Below, piece after piece: positions 1 to 12,214 of a stretch of DNA of 64,000 nt; position 1 is the first letter of the stretch, and each line of letters begins with the position of its first letter. A program made the position numbers and the translations under genes. The notes below the pieces were generated by a model that saw nothing but the letters and a program-made list of their open reading frames with translations, did no database searches and was not told where the DNA came from. The DNA is from Bacteroidales bacterium (GTDB lineage Bacteria > Bacteroidota > Bacteroidia > Bacteroidales > PUMT01), in NCBI GenBank assembly GCA_007132715.1, contig SLOE01000084.1:6329-70328 (forward strand), given 5' to 3'.

Positions 1-1272
1 AGAGTAGTGCACGGCGTCGATTGCATTTCTTTTTATCCTGAAGAGCCCTCCGCCCCATGTACCGACCCAGAGTTCATCATCACCTGCCAGACTGATTGAT
101 GCGATGATCCTGGCAGCAGGAGCAGCTTCAGGCATATAGTCATGTATCCTGTAAGATCTGAACTTGTTATTTCCATCTGCCATGAACAAACCGCCAAGTG
201 TGCCAACCCACAAATTACCCGAATTATCCTCAGTAACTGAGGTCACCTCCATGTTCATAAATGGCGTAACACCACGGCCGGAGGTAAAAGTCCCGAACAC
301 ACCTGAAACTGGCGAAAATGAAAAAAGGCCTCCGTTAGTACCTGTCCACACGGTACCATTTCTGTCTTCATAAATATGGTTAATATGATTTATTTCGGTA
401 CCGGCGGTTATATAACTCCCGGGTAAGAACCTGACGAATTGTTGTTTACCCGGATAGAAAATATTCAGCCCGTTGTCCGTACCTATAAGCATATGTCCGC
501 CGGAAGTTTCAAAGACTGCTCGTACGTTGTTGCTGCTTATTGATCCAGGATCATCCGTATCATGCCGGTATACCTGAAACTGTCCTCCAATCCTGTCAAA
601 TAACAGCAACCCGTTATTAGATCCAATCCATAAGCGCCCCCTGGAATCCTCATAAATTGGTTCGCCCCCGTTCTCTTCCGTCCATACTGGTGAAAGATCA
701 TAAGACCCTGCATTTTCAAACACACCCGATTGCTGATCAAATCTATCAAGGCCAAGTGGCGTTTTAATCCATATTGTACCACCGCTGTCCCGGAAGAGCC
801 CTGTTACTTTATTGTGACTTAATGAATACCTGTTACCCGGTTCATGCCTGTACACAATAAAGGTTTCACTTTTCCGGTCAAACATGTTCAGACCGTCATC
901 AGTGGCCACCCATAAATTACCCCGGTCATCTTCAATAACAGAGTTGATGGTGCTGTTTGACAACGAGCCCCTGCCAGACGGCTGATGCTTGAAAGCCCTG
1001 AAACCGTACCCATCAAACTGGTTGAGCCCGTATTGGGTCCCGACCCAGATGAACCCGTAGGAATCAAGGAATATGGAGTTCACCGATATTTGGGATAACC
1101 CCTCCTCCAGGCTGTATCCGACAATCCTGATATCCCTGCCGGGAGTTGCAAAACTACGGGTACAGACAAAAACCAGTAACATCATTGCCGCCAAAAACAG
1201 GGTGACTTTACCTCCAAATAATACAGGCAGGCAGGCATCTCTGTTATAATGGGAAAACCGGCAATTATTCAC
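1..1272 (-). CDS. Two-component regulator propeller-domain protein (N-terminal part of a hybrid sensor kinase-like protein); runs off the left edge
   Basis: Not in the ORF track; translated by hand, frame open to position 1. Hydrophobic N-terminus, then Reg_prop-type repeats (EEGLSQISVNSIFLDSYGFIWVGTQYGLNQFDG, EDDRGNLWVATDDGLN, TWGGGL). Start uncertain (GTG 1272 or ATG 1185). Confidence 0.85.
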   Translation of the reverse strand, partial: MNNCRFSHYNRDACLPVLFGGKVTLFLAAMMLLVFVCTRSFATPGRDIRIVGYSLEEGLSQISVNSIFLDSYGFIWVGTQYGLNQFDGYGFRAFKHQPSGRGSLSNSTINSVIEDDRGNLWVATDDGLNMFDRKSETFIVYRHEPGNRYSLSHNKVTGLFRDSGGTIWIKTPLGLDRFDQQSGVFENAGSYDLSPVWTEENGGEPIYEDSRGRLWIGSNNGLLLFDRIGGQFQVYRHDTDDPGSISSNNVRAVFETSGGHMLIGTDNGLNIFYPGKQQFVRFLPGSYITAGTEINHINHIYEDRNGTVWTGTNGGLFSFSPVSGVFGTFTSGRGVTPFMNMEVTSVTEDNSGNLWVGTLGGLFMADGNNKFRSYRIHDYMPEAAPAARIIASISLAGDDELWVGTWGGGLFRIKRNAIDAVHYS

Positions 1273-1341
1273 TGTCAGCAAGACTTTTCTGTTATATCCC
1301 GCTAATTTACTATTTATACCGCAATCAGTGCTAAATAGCAC

Positions 1342-1367
1342 AAAAAAACCGGCATTTGCCTGCCGGT
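1342..1367 (-). terminator. Intrinsic terminator of the citrate synthase gene
   Basis: ACCGGCA-loop-TGCCGGT followed by a T-run on the minus strand, about 20 nt after the stop. Confidence 0.75.
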
Positions 1368-1386
1368 CTCCTGGTGATATTTAATA

Positions 1387-2691
1387 TTAAATTCCTGCCT
1401 GCTTTTTAAACCAGTCAAGCGGATGCGATGTTGGCCTCTCTATCGGTAATCCGTAAGCCCTGTCCCAGCACAGTGAAGCAAGAACACCAAGAGCACGGGA
1501 TACCCCGAACAGTACCGTATAAAAATCAAACTCCTTTATTCCATAATGCATGAGGAGTACACCTGAACCGGCATCAACATTTGGCCAGGGGTTCTTGATC
1601 TTGTTGATGCCGCCCAATACCTCCGGAACCACCTCATAGAGGCAGGTCATTGTTATCAGCCAGGGATCATCAGGAAGGTATTTCTGTCCAAACTCAAGCT
1701 GGGCGGTAAATCTCGGATCCGTCTTCCTGAGCACCGCATGTCCGTAGCCCGGAACTACCTTTCCGGATTCTATCTGCTGCAATACATACTTCCTTATCTT
1801 CTCCTTGTCATCACAGGCAGGACCGATATCTTCAATCATATTGAACATCCACCGGATAACCTCCTGGTTTGCAAATCCGTGTAACGGACCAGCCAGTCCG
1901 GTCATCCCTGCTGCATATGCATAATAGGGATTGCTCAGGGCTGAACCTACCAGATGGGTGGTGTGTGCGGAAACATTCCCTCCCTCATGATCTGCATGGA
2001 GAAACATATAGAGACGCAACAGACGGTGGACCTCATAATTGTCAAACCCCATCATATGTGCAAGGTTTGCTGCCCAGTCGAGCGAGGGATCAGGATCTAC
2101 CTGTTTGTTATCATGATACATCCTGCGGTATATATACGCTGCAATACGGGGCAGTCTGGCTATAAGGTCCATCACATCTTCGTAGGTTGTATCCCAGTGT
2201 TCCTTTTTGCCAAGACCGTCAAGGTAAGCCTCCATGAACTTTGAGTCCCTGGCCATTGCCAGGATGGCTGCTGAAAACTGGACCATCGGACGGGTATCTG
2301 CCGGGAAAGAATCAATTATCCTGTACACGTATTCCGGCACTTCGGCACGGGATGCCCATTCGCTGCTGAGAGCATCAACATCTTCCATTGTCGGCAGTTC
2401 ATCCAGCAACATCAGGTAGAACAATCCTTCAGGCAGAGGCTCGCCTTCAGGGTTCTTTTTGGGGAGTTTTTCCCGTAACTCGGGAATGGAATAACCTCTG
2501 AAACGGATACCTTCCTCAGGATCGAGCTTTGAAGTATCACACAGCAGGCTCACTGTACCTTTCATTCCTGTAAGAACGCTTCCTATGGTGACTTCGCCAA
2601 TGACCTTGCCGGAATGTTCGGCAAGTAAGTTCCTGAACTCTGCAACCCTGGGAAGGGCCATATCAACAAATTTCTTCTTTATCGGATCCAT
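1387..2691 (-). CDS. gltA: Citrate (Si)-synthase, eukaryotic/mitochondrial type
   Basis: Motifs LDPEEGIRFRG, DHEGGNVSAH, GLAGPLHG, VPGYGHAVLRKTDPR, NPWPNVDA. Confidence 0.93.
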   Translation of the reverse strand: MDPIKKKFVDMALPRVAEFRNLLAEHSGKVIGEVTIGSVLTGMKGTVSLLCDTSKLDPEEGIRFRGYSIPELREKLPKKNPEGEPLPEGLFYLMLLDELPTMEDVDALSSEWASRAEVPEYVYRIIDSFPADTRPMVQFSAAILAMARDSKFMEAYLDGLGKKEHWDTTYEDVMDLIARLPRIAAYIYRRMYHDNKQVDPDPSLDWAANLAHMMGFDNYEVHRLLRLYMFLHADHEGGNVSAHTTHLVGSALSNPYYAYAAGMTGLAGPLHGFANQEVIRWMFNMIEDIGPACDDKEKIRKYVLQQIESGKVVPGYGHAVLRKTDPRFTAQLEFGQKYLPDDPWLITMTCLYEVVPEVLGGINKIKNPWPNVDAGSGVLLMHYGIKEFDFYTVLFGVSRALGVLASLCWDRAYGLPIERPTSHPLDWFKKQAGI

Positions 2692-2840
2692 AGCATCAAA
2701 TTATATGATAAATGTCATAAAAACATAAAGCTAACAAAAATCATCTATTATGCAAAATATAATAAGTCAGGCAAGGAGAATAATATCAGAGCCCCACACA
2801 CAACAGTGAGCGAATGCGTGGCAACCAGGTGGATGAAGGC

Positions 2841-2868
2841 AAAAAAAACGGGGGCACTGCGGCCCCCG
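2841..2868 (-). terminator. Intrinsic terminator of eno
   Basis: CGGGGGC-6 nt-GCCCCCG followed by T8 on the minus strand. Confidence 0.85.
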
Positions 2869-2895
2869 ATAAATTTGTCTGAAAAACCCTATCTG

Positions 2896-4197
<1,302 letters not shown>

Positions 4198-4253
4198 TTA
4201 GGTGTTTAAAAAATATTTAACTGGTCATCTTGTTGTTTGCTCTACCCTGCCCG

Positions 4254-4288
4254 AAAAAAAAGGACAAGGATTAATATCCTTATCCTTT
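4254..4288 (-). terminator. Intrinsic terminator at the end of the ribosomal superoperon
   Basis: AGGATAAGGAT-ATTA-ATCCTTGTCCT plus T-run on the minus strand after the rplQ stop. Confidence 0.8.
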
Positions 4289-4317
4289 AAATTCTTAAGG
4301 CATTCTAAATATTATTG

Positions 4318-5043
4318 TCAGGATTTCTGCTCATCTGAAGGTTTTTCATCCTTTTTTCCCTCCTCTTCGGCGGCAGGTTCCTCTTTCACCTCCTCTTCGG
4401 CGGCAGGTTCCTCTTTCACCTCTTCGGCGGCAGGTTCCTCTTTCACCTCCTCTTCGGCGGCAGGCTCCTCTTTCTTCTCTTCGGCGGCAGGAGCTTCTTC
4501 CTTAGCCGCTTCTGCAACGGCAGTCTCTTCCTGCTTTTGCTCTTCGGCGGAAGGTGCTTTTTCGGGAGTTCCCTTTACCTGTCCGGTAGCCGGGGTCTCG
4601 CCGGCTCCTGCACCCTTGCCCCTGCGTCCTCTTCTGCTCCTTTTGCCGGCGGCTTTCTTCTCCTTTTGTGCTTCGAGCATATTCTCGTTATAATCTACAA
4701 GCTCGATGATGCACATATCTGCATTATCGCCCAACCTGTTACCCGTACGCAGTATCCTTGTATAACCGCCCGGCCGTTCAGCCACTCTTGGAGACACTTC
4801 ACGGAATAGCTCTGAAACAGCATATTTGTCCTTCAGATAGCTGAAAACCACCCGTCTTGAGTGAGTGGAGTCCTCTTTTGATCTTGTAATAAGCGGTTCC
4901 ACATATATCCTTAATGCCTTTGCTTTTGCAACGGTTGTTGTAATCCTTTTGTGAAGAATTAGTGAAGAAGCCATATTGGCCAGCATGGCTTTCCTGTGAG
5001 AACTGGTCCTCCCCAAATGATTTAACTTCTTTCTGTGTCTCAT
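4318..5043 (-). CDS. rplQ: 50S ribosomal protein L17 with long acidic C-terminal extension
   Basis: [35 protein letters not shown]; follows rpoA. Confidence 0.98.
   Translation of the reverse strand: MRHRKKLNHLGRTSSHRKAMLANMASSLILHKRITTTVAKAKALRIYVEPLITRSKEDSTHSRRVVFSYLKDKYAVSELFREVSPRVAERPGGYTRILRTGNRLGDNADMCIIELVDYNENMLEAQKEKKAAGKRSRRGRRGKGAGAGETPATGQVKGTPEKAPSAEEQKQEETAVAEAAKEEAPAAEEKKEEPAAEEEVKEEPAAEEVKEEPAAEEEVKEEPAAEEEGKKDEKPSDEQKS
4361..4500 (-). repeat. Coding tandem repeat, 27-30 bp unit x about 5 (EEPAAEE(E)VK) in the rplQ tail
   Basis: tcctcttcggcggcaggttcctctttcacc exact at 4361-4390 and 4391-4420, then a 27-bp copy and two diverged copies. Confidence 0.95.
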
Positions 5044-5048
5044 TTTTA

Positions 5049-6041
5049 TTAATCCTTGTCTAATTTATACTTTGAAATATCCATGCCGAAATTCAGGTTC
5101 ATCGATTCCAGAAGCTCATCAAGCTCTGTAAGGGACTTCTTTCCGAAGTTCCGGAATTTCAAAAGATCGTTCTTATTGAACTTGACCAGGTCACCCAGTG
5201 TCTCAACTTCGGCGGCCTTCAGGCAATTAAGGGCCCGTACCGACAGGTCAAGATCAACCAGCCTGGATTTCAGCAACTGTCTCATGTGAAGCACTTCCTC
5301 ATCAAACTCCTCATTGGCGAACTTCTCATCTGTTTCCAGGGTGATCTTCTCGTCTGAGAACAGCATCAGGTGGTAAATCAGAATTTTGGCAGACTCCTTA
5401 AGGGCTTCCTTGGGATGGATTGAACCATCGGTCTGTATCTCAAATATCAGCTTCTCATAGTCAGTCTTCTGCTCTACCCTGTAGTTCTCAACCGAATACT
5501 TAACATTCTTTATGGGTGTAAAAATGGAATCCGTTGCGACCAGCCCGAATTCGGTCTCTGCAGGCTTATTTTCCTCCGAAGGGACATAACCGCGTCCTTT
5601 GGAAATATTTAATTCAATCTGAAGCTTTGTTTCAGGTTCCATCCTGCAAATTACCTGCTCAGGGTTCAGTACAATAAAGCCACTCAGGAACTTTGAAAGG
5701 TCTCCTGCTTTGAGCTCCTTCTGCCCGTTGACTGAAACAGAGATTTTTTCTCCCTCGCTATCTTCAATCTGCTTTTTGAATCTTACCTGCTTAAGGTTCA
5801 GGATTATCTCGGTCACATCTTCCAGAACACCTGTAATGGTGGAGAATTCGTGATCAACACCCGCAATTTTAATCGAAGTGATCGCATACCCTTCAAGTGA
5901 TGATAGCAACACTCTTCTAAGCGCATTCCCGATGGTAATTCCATATCCAGGTTCGAGAGGACGAAATTCGAATTTCCCGATAGTATCGGTCGATTCGACC
6001 ATTATGACTTGTTCCGGTTTCTGAAATGCTAATACTGCCAT
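5049..6041 (-). CDS. rpoA: DNA-directed RNA polymerase subunit alpha
   Basis: [37 protein letters not shown]. Confidence 0.99.
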   Translation of the reverse strand: MAVLAFQKPEQVIMVESTDTIGKFEFRPLEPGYGITIGNALRRVLLSSLEGYAITSIKIAGVDHEFSTITGVLEDVTEIILNLKQVRFKKQIEDSEGEKISVSVNGQKELKAGDLSKFLSGFIVLNPEQVICRMEPETKLQIELNISKGRGYVPSEENKPAETEFGLVATDSIFTPIKNVKYSVENYRVEQKTDYEKLIFEIQTDGSIHPKEALKESAKILIYHLMLFSDEKITLETDEKFANEEFDEEVLHMRQLLKSRLVDLDLSVRALNCLKAAEVETLGDLVKFNKNDLLKFRNFGKKSLTELDELLESMNLNFGMDISKYKLDKD

Positions 6042-6048
6042 TACAATT

Positions 6049-6657
6049 TTATTTTGAGTACAATTCTACAATCAATTGTTCTTTTATATTTTCAGGAATA
6101 TCTTCCCTTTCAGGCATATTCAAAAACCTGCCTCTCATCTGATCAGCATCCCATTCAATCCAGGAATATGCATTGCGTTTTCTTCCGTTGAGTGATTCGG
6201 TTATGGCCTCAAGAGATTTCGATTTCTCCCTTACCCCAACGTAATCACCGCCTTTTACAATATATGAGGGAATATTTACAACCTTGCCGTTAACCGTGAT
6301 ATGCCTGTGAGAAACAAGCTGGCGGGCAGCCGCCCTTGTAGGGGCTATCCCCATTCTGAATACCACGTTATCCAGCCTTGATTCAAGAAGCTGCAGCAAA
6401 ACCTCCCCGGTAATGCCCTTTGCACGGGAGGCTTTCTTGAAAAGATTGCTGAACTGACGTTCCAGCACACCATATGTATACTTGGCCTTCTGCTTCTCCT
6501 GCAGCTGCACCCCATACTCGGAAGTCTTTTTACGTCTCCGCATATTCCCGTGCATTCCAGGCGGATAGTTTTTCTTTTCCAGTACTTTGTCAGCTCCAAA
6601 TATCGGTTCTCCGAACTTTCTTGCGATTTTGGTTCTTGGTCCTGTATATCTTGCCAT
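6049..6657 (-). CDS. rpsD: 30S ribosomal protein S4
   Basis: [30 protein letters not shown]. Confidence 0.99.
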   Translation of the reverse strand: MARYTGPRTKIARKFGEPIFGADKVLEKKNYPPGMHGNMRRRKKTSEYGVQLQEKQKAKYTYGVLERQFSNLFKKASRAKGITGEVLLQLLESRLDNVVFRMGIAPTRAAARQLVSHRHITVNGKVVNIPSYIVKGGDYVGVREKSKSLEAITESLNGRKRNAYSWIEWDADQMRGRFLNMPEREDIPENIKEQLIVELYSK

Positions 6658-6697
6658 TTCTTTTAACAGATTATTTTATTTTCTCAATCAATTCCAA

Positions 6698-7087
6698 TTA
6701 TACACGCCTGCGCTTGGGCGGACGACAACCGTTGTGAGGCATCGGGGTTACGTCAACTATCTCGGTAACCTCAATCCCCGACGTGTGTATTGTCCTTATG
6801 GCAGATTCGCGGCCCGAACCCGGTCCCTTGACAAAAGCCTTTACCTTGCGCAGGCCAAGGTCATACGCTTTCTTGGCACAATCAGCTGCAGAAACCTGTG
6901 CGGCATAAGGAGTATTCTTCTTTGAGCCCCTGAATCCGTTCTTACCGGCAGATGACCAGGATATTACCTGACCGTTGTTATTTGTAAGGGTAACAATGAT
7001 ATTGTTGAATGAAGCATGTATGTGAGCCTGACCCACGGGCTCAACTTTGACGACTCTCTTTCTTGATGTACCTGTTTTCTTTGCCAT
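6698..7087 (-). CDS. rpsK: 30S ribosomal protein S11
   Basis: [33 protein letters not shown]. Confidence 0.99.
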   Translation of the reverse strand: MAKKTGTSRKRVVKVEPVGQAHIHASFNNIIVTLTNNNGQVISWSSAGKNGFRGSKKNTPYAAQVSAADCAKKAYDLGLRKVKAFVKGPGSGRESAIRTIHTSGIEVTEIVDVTPMPHNGCRPPKRRRV

Positions 7088-7101
7088 ATTTACTTAACTG
7101 T

Positions 7102-7479
7102 TTATTTGGTAGCCATCTTCTTGTTGGCAACGGTTTTCTTTCTGCCCTTACGGGTTCTTGCATTGTTCTTGGTGCTTTGTCCCCGCACCGGCAACCCGAT
7201 ACGGTGACGTATACCCCTGTAGCACCCGATGTCCATCAAACGCTTTATATTCATCTGAACTGAGGAGCGCAGTTCTCCCTCTACCTTAAGTTTCTCGTTG
7301 ATGATGTTCCTGATGCCTGCAAGCTGACTGTCATCCCAGTCCTTTACCTTGATGTTCCTGTCAATACCGGCCTCATCCAGGATTTGCCGGGCGGTGCTGT
7401 GGCCTATTCCGTATATATAGGTCAGCCCAACCTCACCCCTTTTGTTTTTTGGTAAATCTACACCGACAATTCTTGCCAT
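7102..7479 (-). CDS. rpsM: 30S ribosomal protein S13
   Basis: [35 protein letters not shown]. Confidence 0.99.
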   Translation of the reverse strand: MARIVGVDLPKNKRGEVGLTYIYGIGHSTARQILDEAGIDRNIKVKDWDDSQLAGIRNIINEKLKVEGELRSSVQMNIKRLMDIGCYRGIRHRIGLPVRGQSTKNNARTRKGRKKTVANKKMATK

Positions 7480-7576
7480 AGTTTATTTATTATTTAAAAT
7501 TTATTGCATTGGTATAACATTGTAACATACCCCGCACTTTCCCCGGCCCAATAAACAGGTCGGAGATAACGCAGAT

Positions 7577-7693
7577 CTATCCCTGTCTTTGCTTGAATTT
7601 GGGATTCTTCTTGTTGATAACATAAAGTCGTCCTTTTCGGCGGACTATCTTACATTCCGCACTTCTCTTCTTGACTGAAGCTCTGACTTTCAT
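7577..7693 (-). CDS. rpmJ: 50S ribosomal protein L36 (zinc-independent type B)
   Basis: Below the ORF-track cutoff; manual translation [38 protein letters not shown] between infA and rpsM. Confidence 0.97.
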   Translation of the reverse strand: MKVRASVKKRSAECKIVRRKGRLYVINKKNPKFKQRQG

Positions 7694-7710
7694 AACAGAT
7701 TGTTTTTATA

Positions 7711-7929
7711 TTATTTATACCTGTAACAAATTCTTCCTTTTGTAAGATCATAGGGTGACATTTCAACCTTGACCTTGTCACCGGGAAGGATTTTTATATA
7801 ATGCATCCTCATCTTCCCGGAAATATGTGCAATTATTGTGTGACCGTTCTCAAGCTCAACCTTAAACATCGCATTTGATAAGGCCTCAATAATGGTGCCG
7901 TCCTGTTCTATGGCTTTCTGTTTTGCCAT
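7711..7929 (-). CDS. infA: Translation initiation factor IF-1
   Basis: [34 protein letters not shown]. Confidence 0.99.
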   Translation of the reverse strand: MAKQKAIEQDGTIIEALSNAMFKVELENGHTIIAHISGKMRMHYIKILPGDKVKVEMSPYDLTKGRICYRYK

Positions 7930-8720
7930 GGTAACCCGTTGTTTTTGGTTAATAAAACTTCTTCTATATACTCGAATGTAGACAAGATATCAGCAGAGTC
8001 TTTGCTCACAACAACCGGAAGCTCGTAATGTGCTGACGGTTTGTTGTCCCGCGTGCGTATGGTCCATCCGTCAGCCTCCTGCACTATGCTTCTCCCGCCA
8101 AGATTGATCATCGGCTCTATGCATATCACCATTCCCTCCCTGAGAAGGGATCCGCGCCCCCTTTTCCCGTAATTGGGCACTTCAGGATCTTCATGCAGTT
8201 TTTCACCAATACCATGACCAACCATCTCCCTCACCACGGAAAACCCGGCAGCTTCGGCATGCTGCTGTACTGCAAACCCTATATCGCCCAGCCTTTTGCC
8301 GGAAACCGCCTGTTCTATTCCCCTGTAAAGGGATTCATAGGTTACACGCAACAATTCGGCTACCCGGCTGTCAATCTCCCCAACTGCAAAGGTATAGGCG
8401 GTATCGCCGTAATATCCTTTCATCCTTACACCGCAGTCGATAGAAACAATATCATTCTCTTTCAGAACATAATCCGATGGAATTCCATGTACGACCTGTG
8501 AATTGACCGATGTGCAGAGAGTTTTAGGAAACCCGTTGTATCCCTTGAACCCGGGTTCTGCACCGCTATCAGTGATAAATTGTTCTGCTATACGGTCAAG
8601 TTCAAGGGTGGTCACTCCAGGTTCCAGAATTGCCGCAACCTCAGCAAGTGTTCGTGACACAAGGAGGTTGCACTCCCGCATGATCTCTATCGCTTCCCTT
8701 GTCTTGTCATTTAACATCAA
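7908..8720 (-). CDS. map: Type I methionine aminopeptidase
   Basis: [42 protein letters not shown]. Confidence 0.97.
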   Translation of the reverse strand: MMLNDKTREAIEIMRECNLLVSRTLAEVAAILEPGVTTLELDRIAEQFITDSGAEPGFKGYNGFPKTLCTSVNSQVVHGIPSDYVLKENDIVSIDCGVRMKGYYGDTAYTFAVGEIDSRVAELLRVTYESLYRGIEQAVSGKRLGDIGFAVQQHAEAAGFSVVREMVGHGIGEKLHEDPEVPNYGKRGRGSLLREGMVICIEPMINLGGRSIVQEADGWTIRTRDNKPSAHYELPVVVSKDSADILSTFEYIEEVLLTKNNGLPWQNRKP

Positions 8721-8738
8721 AGAACTTGTATTATCAGG

Positions 8739-10076
8739 TCAGATGCCGCCTCCGCCGCTTCTTCCCTTTATTCTGCCTGTTTTCATCAGGCCGTCATAAT
8801 GCCTCATCAGCAGGTGACTTTCAATCTGCTGAAGGGTATCAAGTACAACTCCAACCATAATAAGCAGTGAGGTGCCACCATAAAACTGTGCCCACTGTGA
8901 GTTAACACCGGCCAGCATGGCAAATGCGGGCATAATTGCAACAAGTGCCAGAAACATGGAGCCGGGCAGTGTGATCCTTGACATTATGGTATCAAGGAAC
9001 TCCACAGTTTTCTTCCCGGGCTTGACACCGGGTATAAAGCCTCCGTTACGTTTCATGTCCTCAGCCATCTGCGAGGGATTAATTGTAACGGCCGTATAAA
9101 AATATGTAAACAATATAATAAGAACCGCAAAAGTAAAATTATACCAAAACCCGGTAAAATTGCTGAAAGCCGCTGCAAAACCGGTCATCGTCTCGGTCGG
9201 TGCAAAACTTGACAAGGTTAAGGGGATGAACATAAGTGCCTGGGCGAAAATTATTGGCATGACACCCGCTGAATTCACCTTAAGGGGTATATATTGCCGC
9301 ACACCACCATACTGTTTATTTCCAACTATACGTTTCGCATACTGAACAGGTATTCTCCTTGTACCCTGTACCAGCAATATGGTACCCATGAAGACAAAGA
9401 ACAACACGACCATCTCTACAATAAACATAATGAGCCCTCCGCCTACCTGCTGCTCGAGCTTTGAAAGGAATTCGGCAGCAAGTGCAAACGGAAGCCTTGC
9501 AATGATCCCTACCATTATAATAAGCGAGATCCCGTTTCCAATTCCCTTGTCGGTAATACGCTCACCAAGCCACATAACGAACATGGTGCCCGCTATCAAA
9601 ATTATTACCAGGAATGCCCAGAACATGGCTCCTTCCATTACAAAAGCCTGCGGAACCTGTCCCCTCAGGTTTGTAAGGTAGGCCGGGCCCTGGAAAATAA
9701 GGATGAGAACGGTAAGATATCTTGTTATCTGGTTGATCTTCCTGCGGCCGCTCTCGCCTTCGCGCTGCAGTCGCTGAAAATAAGGAATTGCTATACCGAG
9801 AAGCTGTACTACGATCGATGCCGATATATACGGCATGATACCAAGTGCAAATATTGAAGCATTCGCAAAGGCTCCTCCCGAGAACATGTCCAGAAGCCCG
9901 AGTATTCCATCAGCGGTCTGCATCTTCAGTGCAGCCAGTTCTGAAGGATCTATCCCCGGAAGAACAACAAACGAACCGAGGCGATATATAAGCAGTATCC
10001 CAAGAGTATAAAGAATTCTTGAGCGCAGATCCTCAATCTTGAAAATGTTCTTTATGGTTTCAATGAATTTCTTCAT
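8739..10076 (-). CDS. secY: Preprotein translocase subunit SecY
   Basis: SIFALGIMPYISASI, GIGNGISLII, FIPGVKPG, GGTSLLI. Confidence 0.99.
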   Translation of the reverse strand: MKKFIETIKNIFKIEDLRSRILYTLGILLIYRLGSFVVLPGIDPSELAALKMQTADGILGLLDMFSGGAFANASIFALGIMPYISASIVVQLLGIAIPYFQRLQREGESGRRKINQITRYLTVLILIFQGPAYLTNLRGQVPQAFVMEGAMFWAFLVIILIAGTMFVMWLGERITDKGIGNGISLIIMVGIIARLPFALAAEFLSKLEQQVGGGLIMFIVEMVVLFFVFMGTILLVQGTRRIPVQYAKRIVGNKQYGGVRQYIPLKVNSAGVMPIIFAQALMFIPLTLSSFAPTETMTGFAAAFSNFTGFWYNFTFAVLIILFTYFYTAVTINPSQMAEDMKRNGGFIPGVKPGKKTVEFLDTIMSRITLPGSMFLALVAIMPAFAMLAGVNSQWAQFYGGTSLLIMVGVVLDTLQQIESHLLMRHYDGLMKTGRIKGRSGGGGI

Positions 10077-10081
10077 AGAGG

Positions 10082-10528
10082 TTAAATTTTTACCGCAGTA
10101 CCACCTGATTTCTCAATTGCTTCCTGGGCCGACTTGGAAAACGCGTGGGCTTTCACTTCCAATTTAGCATCCAGGGTGCCGTTCCCAAGTATCTTTACCA
10201 TGTCGTTGCGCGAAACAAATCCGGCACTGACCAGTGTCTGGACATCTATTGATGTTGCCCCGGTCTTATCTGCCAGTCCCTGTAATACACCAAGATTTAT
10301 CCCTTTGTAGGACTTGCGGTTTATATTCTTGAACCCGAATTTGGGGACCCTCCTCTGAAGCGGCATCTGCCCTCCCTCGAATCCTGCCTGCCTGCTGTAT
10401 CCGGAGCGGGATTTCTGACCCTTATGGCCTTTTGTAGCAGTATCTCCTCTGCCGGAACCCTCGCCCCGTCCAAGCCTTTTATTGCGTTTTACCGAACCTT
10501 TTGCCGGTTTTAAATTACTCAAATCCAT
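10082..10528 (-). CDS. rplO: 50S ribosomal protein L15
   Basis: [25 protein letters not shown]. Confidence 0.99.
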   Translation of the reverse strand: MDLSNLKPAKGSVKRNKRLGRGEGSGRGDTATKGHKGQKSRSGYSRQAGFEGGQMPLQRRVPKFGFKNINRKSYKGINLGVLQGLADKTGATSIDVQTLVSAGFVSRNDMVKILGNGTLDAKLEVKAHAFSKSAQEAIEKSGGTAVKI

Positions 10529-10547
10529 ATCTGAAACAATGATTAAA

Positions 10548-10730
10548 TTATTTTATCTTTTCGACCTTAAGCAGATGACGCACCTTCTCAACCATGCCCA
10601 GTACCTGGGGTGTCGATTCAGCTTCGACGCTGCTGCTTATCCTTTTCAGGCCCAAAGCCGCCAGGGTCCTTTTCTGACTCTGGTTACTGCCGATCCTGCT
10701 CTTTACCTGTGTAATCCGAATCTTTGCCAT
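10548..10730 (-). CDS. rpmD: 50S ribosomal protein L30
   Basis: [18 protein letters not shown]; between rpsE and rplO. Confidence 0.97.
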   Translation of the reverse strand: MAKIRITQVKSRIGSNQSQKRTLAALGLKRISSSVEAESTPQVLGMVEKVRHLLKVEKIK

Positions 10731-10743
10731 GATATATTAATTT

Positions 10744-11259
10744 CTAACCGTTAAAAACCTTTTCCAATGGTATCCCCCTGAGTTCAGAAACCGTATGCGC
10801 GTCACGCAACTCCATAAGCGCTTCAAAGGTGGCCTTGACAAGGTTGTGGGGATTGGAAGACCCCTTTGACTTGGCAAGCACGTCGGTCACTCCGACACTT
10901 TCAAGCACTGCACGCATCGCACCTCCGGCAACTACACCGGTTCCGTGTGAGGCTGGCTTCATAAAAACCCTGGCACCGCCGTATTTGGCCGCCTGCTCGT
11001 GAGGTATTGTGCCTTTGTGTATCGGCACTCTTACCAGGTTCTTCTTGGCATCTTCAATACCCTTTGCAATTGCAGTTGTTACCTCATTGGCCTTACCAAG
11101 ACCGTATCCCACTATTCCATCTTCATTCCCAACCACCACTATGGCGGAAAAACTGAATGTGCGGCCTCCCTTTGTTACCTTGGTCACACGCTGAATACTT
11201 ACGACCCTGTCTTTCAGCTCCAGATCACTGGTTTTTACTTTTCTTATTGTTGTTGACAT
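10744..11259 (-). CDS. rpsE: 30S ribosomal protein S5
   Basis: [29 protein letters not shown]. Confidence 0.99.
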   Translation of the reverse strand: MSTTIRKVKTSDLELKDRVVSIQRVTKVTKGGRTFSFSAIVVVGNEDGIVGYGLGKANEVTTAIAKGIEDAKKNLVRVPIHKGTIPHEQAAKYGGARVFMKPASHGTGVVAGGAMRAVLESVGVTDVLAKSKGSSNPHNLVKATFEALMELRDAHTVSELRGIPLEKVFNG

Positions 11260-11261
11260 AA

Positions 11262-11621
11262 TTAAAATTTTAATCCTGCTTCCCTGGCGGCATCAGCCAA
11301 AGCCTTTACCCTGCCATGATACAAATAGCCGTTTCTGTCAAATACCACTGTCGAAATACCTTTTTCAAGAGATTTTTCGGCAATGAGTTTACCAACATGT
11401 TTTGCCTGTTGGGTTTTGGTGACCTTTTTGGGATCCTCACCGATCTCTTCTTTTGAGGTTGCGGCAACCAGTGTTCTCCCGTTGAGATCGTCAATCAGCT
11501 GAACATAAATACCCCTGTTGCTGCGGAAAACCGACATCCTGGGCCGCTCCTGGGTCCCTGACACATGTCTGCGGATCCTCATCTTTATCCGCTTTCTTCT
11601 CTTAAGCTTAGTTAAAGCCAT
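11262..11621 (-). CDS. rplR: 50S ribosomal protein L18
   Basis: [28 protein letters not shown]. Confidence 0.99.
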   Translation of the reverse strand: MALTKLKRRKRIKMRIRRHVSGTQERPRMSVFRSNRGIYVQLIDDLNGRTLVAATSKEEIGEDPKKVTKTQQAKHVGKLIAEKSLEKGISTVVFDRNGYLYHGRVKALADAAREAGLKF

Positions 11622-11645
11622 GATTTATTACCTGTTTTGAAAAAA

Positions 11646-12200
11646 TTAAACACTTGCAGATTTGCCGGCCTTCTTCCTTATATGCTCTCCCACGAACTTC
11701 ACTCCCTTGCCCTTGTAGGGTTCAGGTTTGCGGAATGACCTTATTTTGGCTGCAACCTGGCCTATAAGCTGCTTATCTATTCCCTTCAGGGTAATGACCG
11801 GGTTGCTGCGCCTCTCAGTTTTGGCCTCAACCGCTATCTCAGGTGGAATTTCAAAAAATATATCATGTGAATACCCGAGACTGAGCTCCAGCACCTGACC
11901 TTTAGCTTCAGCCCTGTAACCGACGCCAACAAGTTCCTGTTTGATCTCATAACCCTTTGATACCCCTTCAACCATATTATACACAAGGGCCCGATACAAA
12001 CCGTGCATCGACTTTGACTGGTTGTCTTCCGACGACCGCGAGAATACCACCTGGTTTTCCTCTACCTTTACGGTTATCCGGCTGTCAAGCTTTTCATTCA
12101 GCTCGCCCAGCGGTCCTTTTACGGTTACAAGATTATCCTTGTCGACTGATACGGTTACTTTCTCGGGTATCTCTACCGGTAAATTTCCTATTCTTGACAT
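11646..12200 (-). CDS. rplF: 50S ribosomal protein L6
   Basis: MSRIG, GVGYRA, RKPEPYKGKG. Confidence 0.99.
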   Translation of the reverse strand: MSRIGNLPVEIPEKVTVSVDKDNLVTVKGPLGELNEKLDSRITVKVEENQVVFSRSSEDNQSKSMHGLYRALVYNMVEGVSKGYEIKQELVGVGYRAEAKGQVLELSLGYSHDIFFEIPPEIAVEAKTERRSNPVITLKGIDKQLIGQVAAKIRSFRKPEPYKGKGVKFVGEHIRKKAGKSASV

Positions 12201-12214
12201 TTATAATCCTCCAG

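Noticed and set aside
537-782. 81-aa ORF and 164-373 ORF
   Set aside because: They lie within the propeller-domain CDS, in another frame or on the other strand.
7520-7576. Imperfect hairpin between rpmJ and rpsM as an S4-binding leader
   Set aside because: The pairing has several mismatches and no recognisable pseudoknot; unsupported without an alignment.
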